From contig CAWDML010000001.1 of NCBI GenBank assembly GCA_963803435.1, positions 832,001 through 896,000 of the forward strand: a stretch of DNA of 64,000 nucleotides, in the 5' to 3' direction. Source of the stretch: an uncultured delta proteobacterium. Its GTDB lineage: Bacteria > Myxococcota > Kuafuiibacteriia > Kuafuiibacteriales > Kuafuiibacteriaceae. The notes under the pieces are model-generated. The model had not been told where the DNA came from and did no database searches. It saw only the letters and a program-made list of their open reading frames with translations. Position numbers and translations under genes: made by a program. The number at the start of each line of letters is the position of its first letter. The first letter of the stretch is position 1. Of the stretch, positions 1 through 9,800 are shown one piece after another.

Positions 1-349
1 TCTCGGGTTCGATTTGCGGACCGCGCTCCATCGTTCGCGGTCAGCGGCGGGATCTCCCCGGCTTCCGTGTGAAGTGCCTGCGTGCGTGCACCGGGTCTTT
101 GACCCCGCCGGCGCCCCGGCCGCCTCGCGTGGCGCCGACCGCGATGTTGCCTTCCCCCTCAAGAGACAGGGTCAGCCACCGGGAACAGAGAGATTTCGTG
201 GCTCAATACCGAGCCCGCCCGCACCCCTGTCAACGCTTCGCCCGGGCCCTTGCGGGCACGCACGCATGACTCGGAGGCCAGGGTGGATCGCTACTCCTTT
301 CCTGCAATGGACTCTCACCATCAGCACCTCACCGGCTGGGCCGGCGCAC
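1..349 (-). mobile_element. Group II intron, 5' part (domain I region), copy 1; continues beyond the window start
   Basis: Minus strand begins GTGCG at 349. Near-identical (about 9 differences by eye) to 17364-17712, which leads into an intron RT N-terminus. Candidate EBS1 CTCTTG pairs with the upstream exon CGAGAG. Confidence 0.88.
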
Positions 350-435
350 CTCTCGACTGTCGACGGCCGGGAACCGCCACCAGAGCCTGATACACCTCCG
401 TGAAGCGTTTTCACGCTGGCGTCCGCCAAGTAAAC

Positions 436-871
436 CTAGAACCGTAGCCCCAGGCGGAGGCCCAGGATCGCGTCCGGCTGGAGGTAGCCCACCTCCAGCC
501 CCGCGAAGAGGATCCCGCGGTGGAAGCCGAAGCCGAGGGCGCCGTGCCCTCGCAGCAGATCGCCCTTGAAGATCAACCAGGGCCCGCCGCTGGCCTCGAT
601 GTAGATGAGGCCGCGGGCGAAGACGACGCCGACCAAGAGATCGATCGGGATCCCGGCGGTGGCCGGGGAGGTCACCAGCGCCGCGCCCACGCGCCCGCCG
701 ACGTAGACCGGTCCGATGATGCGCCCGTCGACCGCCAGGGTCAGATCGAACAGCCCACGGCTGGCGAACCAGTAATTCGCGCCCAGCCCCAGCCGGAGCG
801 ACACCGCCGAGGCCGTTGCGGGTATCCGCCGACAGCGCCGCCGCGAGGAGCAGGATGCGGAGGGCTCGCAT
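436..871 (-). CDS. Small exported outer-membrane beta-barrel-like protein; apparent frameshift near 825
   Basis: Signal peptide MRALRILLLAAALSA in one frame joins amphipathic beta-strands in another frame ending ...LGLRLGLRF (terminal Phe). Confidence 0.6.
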
Positions 872-927
872 GCCGCGCGAGTTGAGCACGGTCCGAAATC
901 CACCGCCAGGTGTGGCAACATCACGCC

Positions 928-1446
928 ATGGCGCGCGTGATCTACTACGTGACGTCGAGCCTGGACGGGTTCGTCGCGCGAAGAGACGGCGGGATCGATT
1001 GGCTCATGCCGCCGATACCTGAATACGGCTTCGATGAGCTGATGAACGGCATCGATGCGATCGCGATGGGACGTAAGACCTTCGAGCAGAGCCTACGGTT
1101 CGGCGAGGCGCCCGGCCCGCACAAGCCGACCTACGTCTTCTCGAAGACGTCCACCGACACGCACGGACGACCCGTCGAGATCACGAACACATCTCCGCGC
1201 GCCTTCACGGAGCGGCTCGGCGACGTGCGGTTGTGGTTGATGGGCGGAGGTGCCCTCGCGCGAAGCTTCGCGGACGACGGCGTTCTCCACGAGCTGGATC
1301 TGTTCATCCAACCGATCGCGCTCGGCGACGGCATCCGTCTCTTCGATCCGCTCGCGAGCGATCTCCGGTTGGAGCTGACCGAGGTCGTCACCTACCGGAC
1401 CGGCATGGTCCGCGCGCGCTATCGCGCTATGGCGTCTTCCGTCTGA
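928..1446 (+). CDS. Dihydrofolate reductase/RibD C-terminal domain protein
   Basis: Motifs SLDGFVA..DGGIDWL, MGRKTFE, LWLMGGGALA, PIALGDGIRLF. Confidence 0.9.
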   Translation: MARVIYYVTSSLDGFVARRDGGIDWLMPPIPEYGFDELMNGIDAIAMGRKTFEQSLRFGEAPGPHKPTYVFSKTSTDTHGRPVEITNTSPRAFTERLGDVRLWLMGGGALARSFADDGVLHELDLFIQPIALGDGIRLFDPLASDLRLELTEVVTYRTGMVRARYRAMASSV

Positions 1447-1792
1447 GCTCCCGGGTGCGCTCGACCGTCTCTCTCAAGAACTTCACCGCCATCCGCGCGT
1501 CGGACTTGCTGCGCACCAGGAGCGTGGCGGCACCCCCAGCGTTGGGGACGCGGAGCCGGCTGCTGCGCGGCGTCTGCCAGAGGCCGGTGACGTCGATGCG
1601 GACCGCCCTCTTCTTCGGCCGGGCCCGCAGGTAGGCCAGCGCCCGCTGATCGCAGTCGAGACGGCGATACGCCGCCTCACGCTCCGTCATGACCTTCCCT
1701 TCGCGAATGTCGAGCTCGGCATCCAACAGCGCCTGGATGAGCTCGCCGAGCATGGCGTCCAGTCGTTCCTTCGAGACCTCGTTGCTGTTCAT
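1427..1792 (-). CDS. Hypothetical protein, paralog of 6341-6697
   Basis: Shares YRRLDCDxxALxYLRxRPxKRxVRIDVxGLWxxPxxSxL with the 6341-6697 product. Confidence 0.75.
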   Translation of the reverse strand: MNSNEVSKERLDAMLGELIQALLDAELDIREGKVMTEREAAYRRLDCDQRALAYLRARPKKRAVRIDVTGLWQTPRSSRLRVPNAGGAATLLVRSKSDARMAVKFLRETVERTRELRRKTP

Positions 1793-1850
1793 CCCACGCA
1801 CCGAGGTCGCACGGAGCGGGCCAACGACGGTCGAATCGTTTTTCGTACGG

Positions 1851-1890
1851 ATCGTCCGGATTCGTCCGCATTCGTCCGGCTGCGTCCGAG
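1851..1890. repeat. Four tandem 10-bp direct repeats with core CGTCCG
   Basis: atcgtccgga ttcgtccgca ttcgtccggc tgcgtccgag, in the intergenic region upstream of the 1427-1792 gene. Confidence 0.8.
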
Positions 1891-1891
1891 G

Positions 1892-2488
1892 TCAGCTCCA
1901 GCCCTCGAGCGCGTGCCTCCACCGCTCGAGGTCGTCGGGCAGCTTCGACTCGAAACGGAGAGGATCGCCGCGGGTTGGATGCGCGAACGCCAGCATCGAG
2001 GCGTGGAGATAGGTCCGGCGCGCCTCGTCGTCGGCGAGCAGCGGCAGATCGGCCGCATGGAACATCGCCCGGATCCGCTCGCGCAGGTCACCTTGCAGCT
2101 CCGCATCGATGACCGTGACGCCTGCATGCTCGATGCGGGCGCGCACGCGCCAGCTGAGGACGGTGCCGTCCGTGGAGCGCTCGAACCTTCCCGCGTCCTT
2201 CTCGAGACACGCTGCGATCGCCGCCACGAACCCGCGCCGGATCCCGCCGGCGGCGAGCTGCCCGCGCAGCTGAGCGAGCGCCTCACGCTTGCGCGCCACC
2301 ACCAGGAGGCCGGACACGGGCCGATCGAGTCGGAGGAGGGGCTGCGCGTAGCCAAAGATGTCGCGCATCGCGTGGACGAGGTCCGGCTTGTCCGTCGCGC
2401 GCGCCGAGCGAGGCGCCCCCGTGGAGAGCCCGGGCGGCTTGTCCACGACCAGGAGATCCGCGTCCTGGAGCCGGATGTCGACCTGCAC
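1892..2488 (-). CDS. RluA-family pseudouridine synthase-like protein, shortened and divergent
   Basis: LLVVDKPPGL, RLDRPVSGLLVVA (catalytic Asp retained), YLHASMLAFAHP..G..LRFESKLPDD; the GRTHQIR motif is not recognisable. Confidence 0.75.
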   Translation of the reverse strand: MQVDIRLQDADLLVVDKPPGLSTGAPRSARATDKPDLVHAMRDIFGYAQPLLRLDRPVSGLLVVARKREALAQLRGQLAAGGIRRGFVAAIAACLEKDAGRFERSTDGTVLSWRVRARIEHAGVTVIDAELQGDLRERIRAMFHAADLPLLADDEARRTYLHASMLAFAHPTRGDPLRFESKLPDDLERWRHALEGWS

Positions 2489-2515
2489 CGAGGATCAGCC
2501 TGCCCCGGTTGCAGA

Positions 2516-4069
2516 GTGAAATCCAAAACGAAGGTTTTGCCAGACGGTCCCGATCTCGACTACGAGATCGGGACGGAGACGAGGTTCAGCCAAAAGTATC
2601 GCCTGGGTGAGCGCATCGGCGGTGGTGGCATGGCCGAGGTGTACCGGTCCACGCTCGTGGGGGCTGAGGGCTTTTCGCGCACCGTGGCGGTGAAGAAGAT
2701 CCTCGGGAGCTTCTCCGCCGATCCGATCTTCGCGGAGATGTTCGTCAACGAGGCCAACATCGCCTCGCTCCTCAACCACCCGAACATCGTCTCGGTGCTC
2801 GACTTCGATCGCGACGACAGCGGCCAGCTCTTCCTGGTGATGGAGCTGATCGAGGGCTGCGATCTGAAACAGCTCGTCGATCGCGGGCGCCTCCCCTTCT
2901 CGATCGCCGGCTTCATCGCCTGCGAGATCCTCCGGGCGCTGGCGTTCGCGCACGCGCTCGAGCAGGAGGGACGACCGCTCTCGATCGTGCACCGCGACAT
3001 ATCGCCGCACAACGTGCTGGTCTCCTGGGACGGCGCCGTGAAGCTGTCGGACTTCGGCATCGCCAAGGCGGCCGAGGCCACCCGCGTGACGCAGTCGGGG
3101 CTGATCAAGGGCAAGATCGGTTACATGAGCCCGGAGCAGGTGGAGGGCCTGCCGCTCGACGGACGCTCCGACCTCTTCGCCGTCGGGATCCTGCTCCACG
3201 AGATCCTCACCGGCCAGCGACTGTTCGGCGGCGCGCCGGATCGCGTGGTGCTCAACCGGATCCTGATCGCGCCCATGGAGCCGCCGAGCCGGATCATTCC
3301 GGAGATCCCGCCGGCGCTGGACGCGATCTGCATGAAGCTCCTCGACCGCGAGGTCGAGCATCGCTACCAGCACGCCGGCGAGGCGCTGGAGGCGCTCCTG
3401 TCCTCCGACCTGATCTCGCCCCGCGCCCAGCTCGACCTGGCACGGATGATCAAGGCGCGCCTCGACGACCCGCCGCGCCTGCCCGCGGTCGCCCCCGTGG
3501 AGGCGGCGCTCACGGAGCCGATACCGACCCGCCGGCTCCAGGATTCGACGCGCACCCACACCACCGGCTCACCGCTCGCCGAGCCCGGCCGCCGCGCGCG
3601 CGGTCCGATCGCCCTCGCCCTGGCCGCCGCCGTCGCCGCGATCCTGGTGGTGCGCCTGACTCGAGACGTGCCGGGCCCGCCGGTCCCCACGCCGGTCCAG
3701 GCGATCGCGCCTCTGCCCGCGCAGACGCCGCCGCCGCCGCCGACCCCGACCCGCCTCCGGATCACCTCCACCCCGAGCGGCGCCCGCGTCTTCCTGGATG
3801 GCGCCGCCGAGCCTGCGGGGGTCACGCCGTTCGAGCTCCCCTCGGAAGCGGGCGAAACCAGGTCAATCGTGCTCCGGCTCGAGGGCTACCGCGCCGCCAC
3901 CCACGTCCTGCGAGGTGAGGATCTTCACGTCGAGCTGGCCCCGGCCCGGACGCCCAAGAAGAGGAAAAAGAAGGTCCGAGGTGGCATCCTTCCCGCCGAA
4001 CCGCGGCCCGAGCCGCCGACGGAACCCGGGAAAGAGATCGGTGACGGCATCCTCCGCCCCAACCTCTGA
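2516..4069 (+). CDS. Ser/Thr protein kinase with TM segment and PEGA domain
   Basis: GGGGMAEVY, VAVKK, HRDISPHN, DFG, YMSPEQ; TM helix; ITSTPSGARVFLDG...GVTP. GTG start inferred. Confidence 0.92.
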   Translation: MKSKTKVLPDGPDLDYEIGTETRFSQKYRLGERIGGGGMAEVYRSTLVGAEGFSRTVAVKKILGSFSADPIFAEMFVNEANIASLLNHPNIVSVLDFDRDDSGQLFLVMELIEGCDLKQLVDRGRLPFSIAGFIACEILRALAFAHALEQEGRPLSIVHRDISPHNVLVSWDGAVKLSDFGIAKAAEATRVTQSGLIKGKIGYMSPEQVEGLPLDGRSDLFAVGILLHEILTGQRLFGGAPDRVVLNRILIAPMEPPSRIIPEIPPALDAICMKLLDREVEHRYQHAGEALEALLSSDLISPRAQLDLARMIKARLDDPPRLPAVAPVEAALTEPIPTRRLQDSTRTHTTGSPLAEPGRRARGPIALALAAAVAAILVVRLTRDVPGPPVPTPVQAIAPLPAQTPPPPPTPTRLRITSTPSGARVFLDGAAEPAGVTPFELPSEAGETRSIVLRLEGYRAATHVLRGEDLHVELAPARTPKKRKKKVRGGILPAEPRPEPPTEPGKEIGDGILRPNL

Positions 4070-4085
4070 TCCTCACGGGCCCCGG

Positions 4086-5066
4086 GTGCGAGGGCTCCGC
4101 CCGAGCGGGCGTCGTCTCGCGTTCCTCCTGGTCCTCGCCTTCGTGTCGACACCCGCCTTCGCCGACAAGGACAAGGCGCTCGAGTTCTTCGACCGCGGGA
4201 CCACCGCGTACAACCTCGGCCGCTTCGAGGAGGCCATCCGCTGGTACGAGAAGGCCTACGAGGAGGAGCCGCAGCCGGCGTTCCTCTTCAACCTGGCCCA
4301 GTCGCACCGGCAGCTCGGCCGCTGCGAGCGCGCCGCCTTCTTCTACCGTCGCTTCCTCTCCGAGGATCCGGCGACGCCCGCCCGGGAGGAGGTCGAAGCC
4401 CGCATCGCCGAGCAGGATCGACGGTGCGCCGAGAAGCCGGCACCGCCGCCGCCTTCCCCACCACCACCGCCGCCGCCGATCGTGAAGCACCCGCCACCGC
4501 CGCCGCCGCCGCCGCCGATCGTCGAGATCATCGTCGAGCGCAACGATCCCCTCTTCGTCAGCCAGGTGGAGGCGGGCATCGCCTACGTGACGTTCGGTGA
4601 TGTCGCCTCCACCACCAACTTCCGCGCCCGGCTGGGCGCCGCACTCCCCTTTCGCTTCGGCGCGCTCTGGCTCGAGCCCGGGATCCTGGGCGCCATCACA
4701 CCTGTTCGGTATGAGAGCCGCAGCAAGGGCACCGCGCTCCTCTCCGAGGTCTACGGCAACCTCACGGCGGCAATCGTCCTCACCAATCGGATCCGCATCC
4801 GGCTCGAGCTCGGCGCCGGTGTCCTCGTGCTCTCGGGTCTCAAGGACGGCAACCCGTACACGAAGAACGCCGCCGCCACCAGCGGACCCCTCTCGATGTT
4901 CTCGTTCCAGGCCGGCCTCGGGATGGACATCGCGCTCACCCCGGGGCTCTCCGTCGGCATCACCCCGATCACCTTCGCCCTGAGCCCTCCGAAGGCCGGC
5001 CTCCGCTCGGAGATCGATCGCATCCAGCGCCTGTGCGCCACCGCCGGTCTCTCGCTCCGGCTCTGA
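4086..5066 (+). CDS. Exported TPR protein with Pro-rich linker and C-terminal beta-strand domain
   Basis: Signal peptide; TPR (AYNLGRFEEAIRWYEKAY; LFNLAQSHRQLG); PPPP linker; amphipathic strands. Follows the kinase. Confidence 0.8.
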   Translation: MRGLRPSGRRLAFLLVLAFVSTPAFADKDKALEFFDRGTTAYNLGRFEEAIRWYEKAYEEEPQPAFLFNLAQSHRQLGRCERAAFFYRRFLSEDPATPAREEVEARIAEQDRRCAEKPAPPPPSPPPPPPPIVKHPPPPPPPPPIVEIIVERNDPLFVSQVEAGIAYVTFGDVASTTNFRARLGAALPFRFGALWLEPGILGAITPVRYESRSKGTALLSEVYGNLTAAIVLTNRIRIRLELGAGVLVLSGLKDGNPYTKNAAATSGPLSMFSFQAGLGMDIALTPGLSVGITPITFALSPPKAGLRSEIDRIQRLCATAGLSLRL

Positions 5067-5072
5067 TCGCGG

Positions 5073-6326
5073 TCACGAGGCCTGGATGATCTCGCGGGCT
5101 CGGTCGAGCTGCTCCAGCGCAGCGGCGAGCCGCGTACGCTCCGGTCGGGTGCGCGCGGCGGACTCGGCCGACTCGGCGAGTCGCGCCCGCGCCAGCTCGC
5201 AGTCGGCGCGGAGCCCCGCGAGCAGGTGCTCCTCGGCGGTGTGGAGGTGCGCGGCCACGTGATCGGCGGCCGCGGTCCGCAGCGCCGGATCCTCGAGCGG
5301 CTTCTTGGCCGACTTGCGGATGGCGCGGGCCGTCAGCATGCCGACGGCTGCGCCGATGAGCGCGAGCTTGGGACCGCCGCGCCAGTACCCGACGGCGCCG
5401 GCGGCGACGGGGATCAGCCAGCGGGCAGCCGGCGCGGGGGCGCTCGCGGGCAGCGCGACGGCCGGGGCGGTGAAGTCGGCGACCTCCGCCGTCCGGAGCG
5501 CGGTGAGGGCGGCCGCAAGCTCGGGGAGGTTCTCGGCGTGGATGGAGACCCGCCGGCCGAGGCGCTCGGCGAACGTGGCGGCGAAACGGTCCCGGAGCCA
5601 CTTCTCGAGGGACGCCTCGACGCGGTCGCGGCTGGGGAGCTCGCCGTGGTTGGCGGTGACGGTGTCGACCCAGTCGGAGAAGCAGCGCAGGACCTCCTCG
5701 CGAAGCTCGGTGATCACCTCGCCGGACGCCTGCCGGACGGCGTCGATCGCGACCGACGAGCGTTGCTGGTAGGCGGCGCGCGCGCGCTCCGCCTCCTCCG
5801 GATCGGGGAGCTGACCGAGCCGCTCACCGAGACTCTGGTGGTCGCGGGCGAGCGCCTCGAGGGCAGGGCGGGCCTGCGACGAGAGGACCCGGCTGCGGAG
5901 CGCGTCCTTCTCCGCGATCCATCGCTCGAGCGTTCCGCGCAGGAGGGCGGGGTCGTCGACCAGCGCCATCTCCACGTCGCCGAGGCGATCGGTGAAGCGG
6001 CGCTCGGCCGCGTCGTTGGGCGGATCGCCGGGCACGATGATCCAAGCGTCGACGCCGGTCGGGCGATCGATCGAGGAGATCGACCAGACGTCGCGCTTCA
6101 CCCCCAGGCTGTCGACCAGCGAGAGGATGTCGGTGATCGGCCGTCCACCCTCGGTCGCGATGCCGACGCGAAGGCTCACCGTCTGCACCTGGACGAGCGC
6201 GCGATCGGCGAAGGCGCGCAGCTCCGCGGCCGAGGGGGTCTCGAGATCGGCGATCAGATCGATCAGCCGCATCACTTCGCTGGCATCCACGCGGAAGAGA
6301 GAACACCAGATGCGCGGCGCCGTCAT
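5073..6326 (-). CDS. Helical protein with hydrophobic hairpin, resembling a dynamin-like stalk/paddle without a P-loop
   Basis: Long amphipathic helices and hairpin LIPVAAGAVGYWRGGPKLALIGAAVGMLT. Start uncertain (6326 or 6272). Confidence 0.55.
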   Translation of the reverse strand: MTAPRIWCSLFRVDASEVMRLIDLIADLETPSAAELRAFADRALVQVQTVSLRVGIATEGGRPITDILSLVDSLGVKRDVWSISSIDRPTGVDAWIIVPGDPPNDAAERRFTDRLGDVEMALVDDPALLRGTLERWIAEKDALRSRVLSSQARPALEALARDHQSLGERLGQLPDPEEAERARAAYQQRSSVAIDAVRQASGEVITELREEVLRCFSDWVDTVTANHGELPSRDRVEASLEKWLRDRFAATFAERLGRRVSIHAENLPELAAALTALRTAEVADFTAPAVALPASAPAPAARWLIPVAAGAVGYWRGGPKLALIGAAVGMLTARAIRKSAKKPLEDPALRTAAADHVAAHLHTAEEHLLAGLRADCELARARLAESAESAARTRPERTRLAAALEQLDRAREIIQAS

Positions 6327-6340
6327 CCCCCGGTCGAGTC

Positions 6341-6697
6341 TCATGCGGCGAGCTGACGCGTCGCCGCCACCACTGCTCGGAGGTACGAAGCGGCCTCCTC
6401 CACATCCTCCAGGTTCGTCACCATGAGCGTCAGCGATCCGGCGGAGCGGTTGAGCGCCAGCTGACTCGGACCCGGACACCGCCACAGCCCGCTCACGTCG
6501 ATCCGCACGACGCGCTTCATGGGCCGGCAGCGCAGATAGCAGAGCGCCTTTCCGTCGCAGTCCAGCCGGCGATAGGGCGCCACGCCGGCCAGCGACATCA
6601 CCGCCCCCTCCCGGATCCCTCCGGGCCCCGACACCAGGCGCGCCACCAGCCGATCCGCCAGAAGCGCCAGAAAAGCCTCGAGCTCTCTTCGATCCAT
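6341..6697 (-). CDS. Hypothetical protein, paralog of 1427-1792
   Basis: Shared YRRLDCD...RIDV.GLW block; strong RBS AGGAGG just upstream of the ATG (cctcct at about 6703-6708). Confidence 0.8.
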   Translation of the reverse strand: MDRRELEAFLALLADRLVARLVSGPGGIREGAVMSLAGVAPYRRLDCDGKALCYLRCRPMKRVVRIDVSGLWRCPGPSQLALNRSAGSLTLMVTNLEDVEEAASYLRAVVAATRQLAA

Positions 6698-6883
6698 GCA
6701 AACCTCCTATTGTCGTTGACAGTCGGTTTGTATCGCACATCCCAGGCCAAGCGTTTCAGCCCCGACTCCCGGCGATCGTTCGATTTCCGCCGGGATTTCG
6801 AACAACTCCGGACGACCGTTTCGGACGTTTCGCACGAACCCGAAGCGTTGCGCCCGCTCCCAAACCATGGTCGCTGGGCGTCG

Positions 6884-9800
6884 GTGAGCTCCGCGACCAC
6901 GGTCAGCGGCCGGGCGCCGGTGTCGAGGCGTCGCGATCACCCGCAGGAGCTGGGCCGCTACCTCGTCCGCGAGCTGATCGGCGAGGGCGGCATGGGCCGC
7001 GTCTATCGCGCCTATGATCCCCGACTCGACCGGGATCTGGCGCTCAAGGTCCTCCATCGCTCCGAGCGCGGGGACGCCGACTGGAGCGTGGTCCTGATCC
7101 GCGAAGCGCGCGCCCTCGCCCGCCTCGCCCATCCTCACGTGATCGCAGTGTACGACGTCGGGCTCGTCGATGAGGACGTGTTCATCGCGATGGAGCTGGT
7201 CCAGGGCATCTCGCTCAGGGCCTGGCTCGACGAATCGAAGCGGCCCTGGCGCGACGTGGTGCGCTTGTTCATCCAGGCCGGCCGCGGCCTGGCGGCTGCG
7301 CACGACGCCGGGTTGATCCACCGCGACTTCAAGCCGGAGAACTGTCTGTTCGGGCGCGACGGCCGGGTCCGCGTGTTGGACTTCGGCCTGGTCCAGCGCA
7401 CCAAGCGCGCGCGGCCCGAGCCCGACGAGCCCTCGGACACCTTCCGGAGCCTCCTCGCCGGGAAGAAGGACGTCGACTTCGACTCCGACCTCGCAGGGAC
7501 GCCGCGCTACATGGCGCCGGAGATGTTCCGCGGGGATGAGGTGACCGAGCACGTCGATCAGTTCGCGTTCAGCGTCGCGCTCTGGGAGGCCCTGACCGGC
7601 AGCCACCCGTTCCCCTTCGAGACCGTCTTTCAGTTCGTGTTCGCCGTGACGGACGGAAAGCCCCCGCGCGTCCCCGAGCGCTCGGAGCTCCCCGCCTGGG
7701 CGCTGGACGTGCTCCGCCGGGGCCTGCTCGCGGATCCCCACGCCCGCTACCCCTCGATGAGCGCGATCCTCGCGGAGCTGGAGGACGGGCTCTCGCAGCT
7801 CAAGCCCCGCGCGCCGCGGCTCGGCTGGCGCTACGAGCGGGCGGGCGACGGCCGCGCGCGGGACCGCCTCTCCTCGCACAACGTCGCGATCGAAGAGACC
7901 GGCGTCCGCCTCGCCGACGAGACGCTCCGGCGGTTGTCGTCGCTGCGCCACCCGAACATCGCCCCGATCCTCGACTTCGCCTCCGGCCCCGAAGGCACAC
8001 ACCTGGTTCTCGAGCTGCCCGAGGGGACCTCGTCGATCGCGGATCTCACGGACCGACCCCTCGCCGTCATCGTCCCGTATCTCGTCCAGATGCTGCGCGG
8101 GATCGACTACCTCCACCGCTCGGGGATCGCGCACGGCGATCTCAGAGCGGAGCACGTCCGCGTCCTGAGCAGCCACGTGCTCCTGACCGGGCTCTCGGCG
8201 GCCAGCGGCGACCGAGCCGGCGATGTGGAGGCGGCGGCGGGGATCGTCCGGGCCGCCGCCGGCGGCGTGCTCGACAGCGATCGCGCGTTCGAGTCGGTGG
8301 CCGCCCTCGCCGAGGCGCTCGCGGAGGAGTCCGGACAGCCGGTGGATCTCGAGACCCCCGAGACCCGCGAGAGCATCCTCCAGACGGCGCCGCTGATCGG
8401 GCGGAGCGGTGAGCTGGCCGAGCTGAGCACGGCCCTCGACGAGGCGTTCGCGGCGAGAGGCTCCGCGATCGCGATCGCGGGCGAGAGCGGGGTCGGCAAG
8501 TCGCGCCTGCTGCGGGAGCTCGCGGTGATCGCGCAGTGTCGCGGTGCGCTGGTGCTGACCGGCCGCACCGAGGCCGCCCGCGGCCGGCCCTTCGCCGCCT
8601 GGCGGGAACCGCTGTCGGCGCTGGCGCTGGCGACACCGCTCTCGGACGAGGAGGCGAGCGCGTTTCGCACCGCCCTCCCCGATCTTGAGCAGCTCCTCGA
8701 GCGCTCGATCGCGGTTCCACCGGAGCTGCCCGCGTCCACGATGCAAGCCAAGTTGCGGAGCGCCGTCCTCTCGGTGGTCGCGCGTCACGATCGTCCGGTG
8801 GTGCTGATGATCGAGGACGTCCACTGGGCGCGAAGCGAGAGTCGCGAGCTCCTCGAGGGCCTCTCCCAGCACGCGCGCGGCACCCGGCTGCTCCTGGTCT
8901 CGTCCATCCGCGACGACGAGGAGAACACGACCGGCGATCTGGTGGCCGCACCGCGCACCATCCAGCTCGGTCGGCTCGATCGCGAGTCGATGAGCGCGCT
9001 CGGCGCCTCCGTGCTCGGAGAGGCGGCCGAGCGTCCCGCGATCGCCCGCTTCCTCGAGCGCGAGACCGAGGGCAACGCGTTCTTCCTGGTCGAGGCCATG
9101 CGCGCGCTGGCCGAGGAGGCGGGCGGGCTCGATCGGATCGCGTCGCTGCCGGAGCCGCCGAAGGACGCCGGGGGCGGCTCGAGGCGGGCGCTGGAGCGCC
9201 GGCTGTCGCGGGTCGTCGCCTCGGACTGGTCGCTCCTCGAGCTGGCTGCGCTGTCCGGACGTCAGATCGACTGCGCTCTCCTCACCCGCCTCCGTGCGGA
9301 CGCCGACCTGCCGGCCTGGCTGTCGCGGTGCGAGCGCTCGACCGTGCTGGAGCGGCGGGACGGCGTGCACCACTTCAGCCACGACAAGCTCCGCGAGTCG
9401 ATCACGGAGCGCATCGGTCTGGAGAGAGCGGCGGCGCTCCACCGCGAGATCGCGCAGGCCCTCGAGCAGCTCTACAGCGACGCGGCGGCGCCCGGTCTCA
9501 CCGAGCACTTCGGCAAGGCGGGCGATCGCGCCCGTGAGGCCCACTATGCGCAGGTCGCCGGAATGCAGGCGCTGCGCTCGTCGGCCGCCGAGGCGAGGCT
9601 CTATCTCGAGCGGGCGGCGGCGCTCCTCGAGGATGGCGATGGCTCCGTGGAGCTGGCCCGGATCCATCGGTGCCTGGGCGAAGCCTCGTACCAGCTCGCC
9701 GACTTCGACGGCGCCGACCAGCACCTGTCCCGCGCGCTGGCGCTGGCCGATCATCCTCCGCCGCGTTCCTCGGTCGGGTGGCTCATGCTCGCCCTCGGAC

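Noticed and set aside
4441-4520. CCG-rich repeats (also about 3725, 61450-61500, 62200-62310)
   Set aside because: They encode Pro-rich linkers, ordinary for these proteins.
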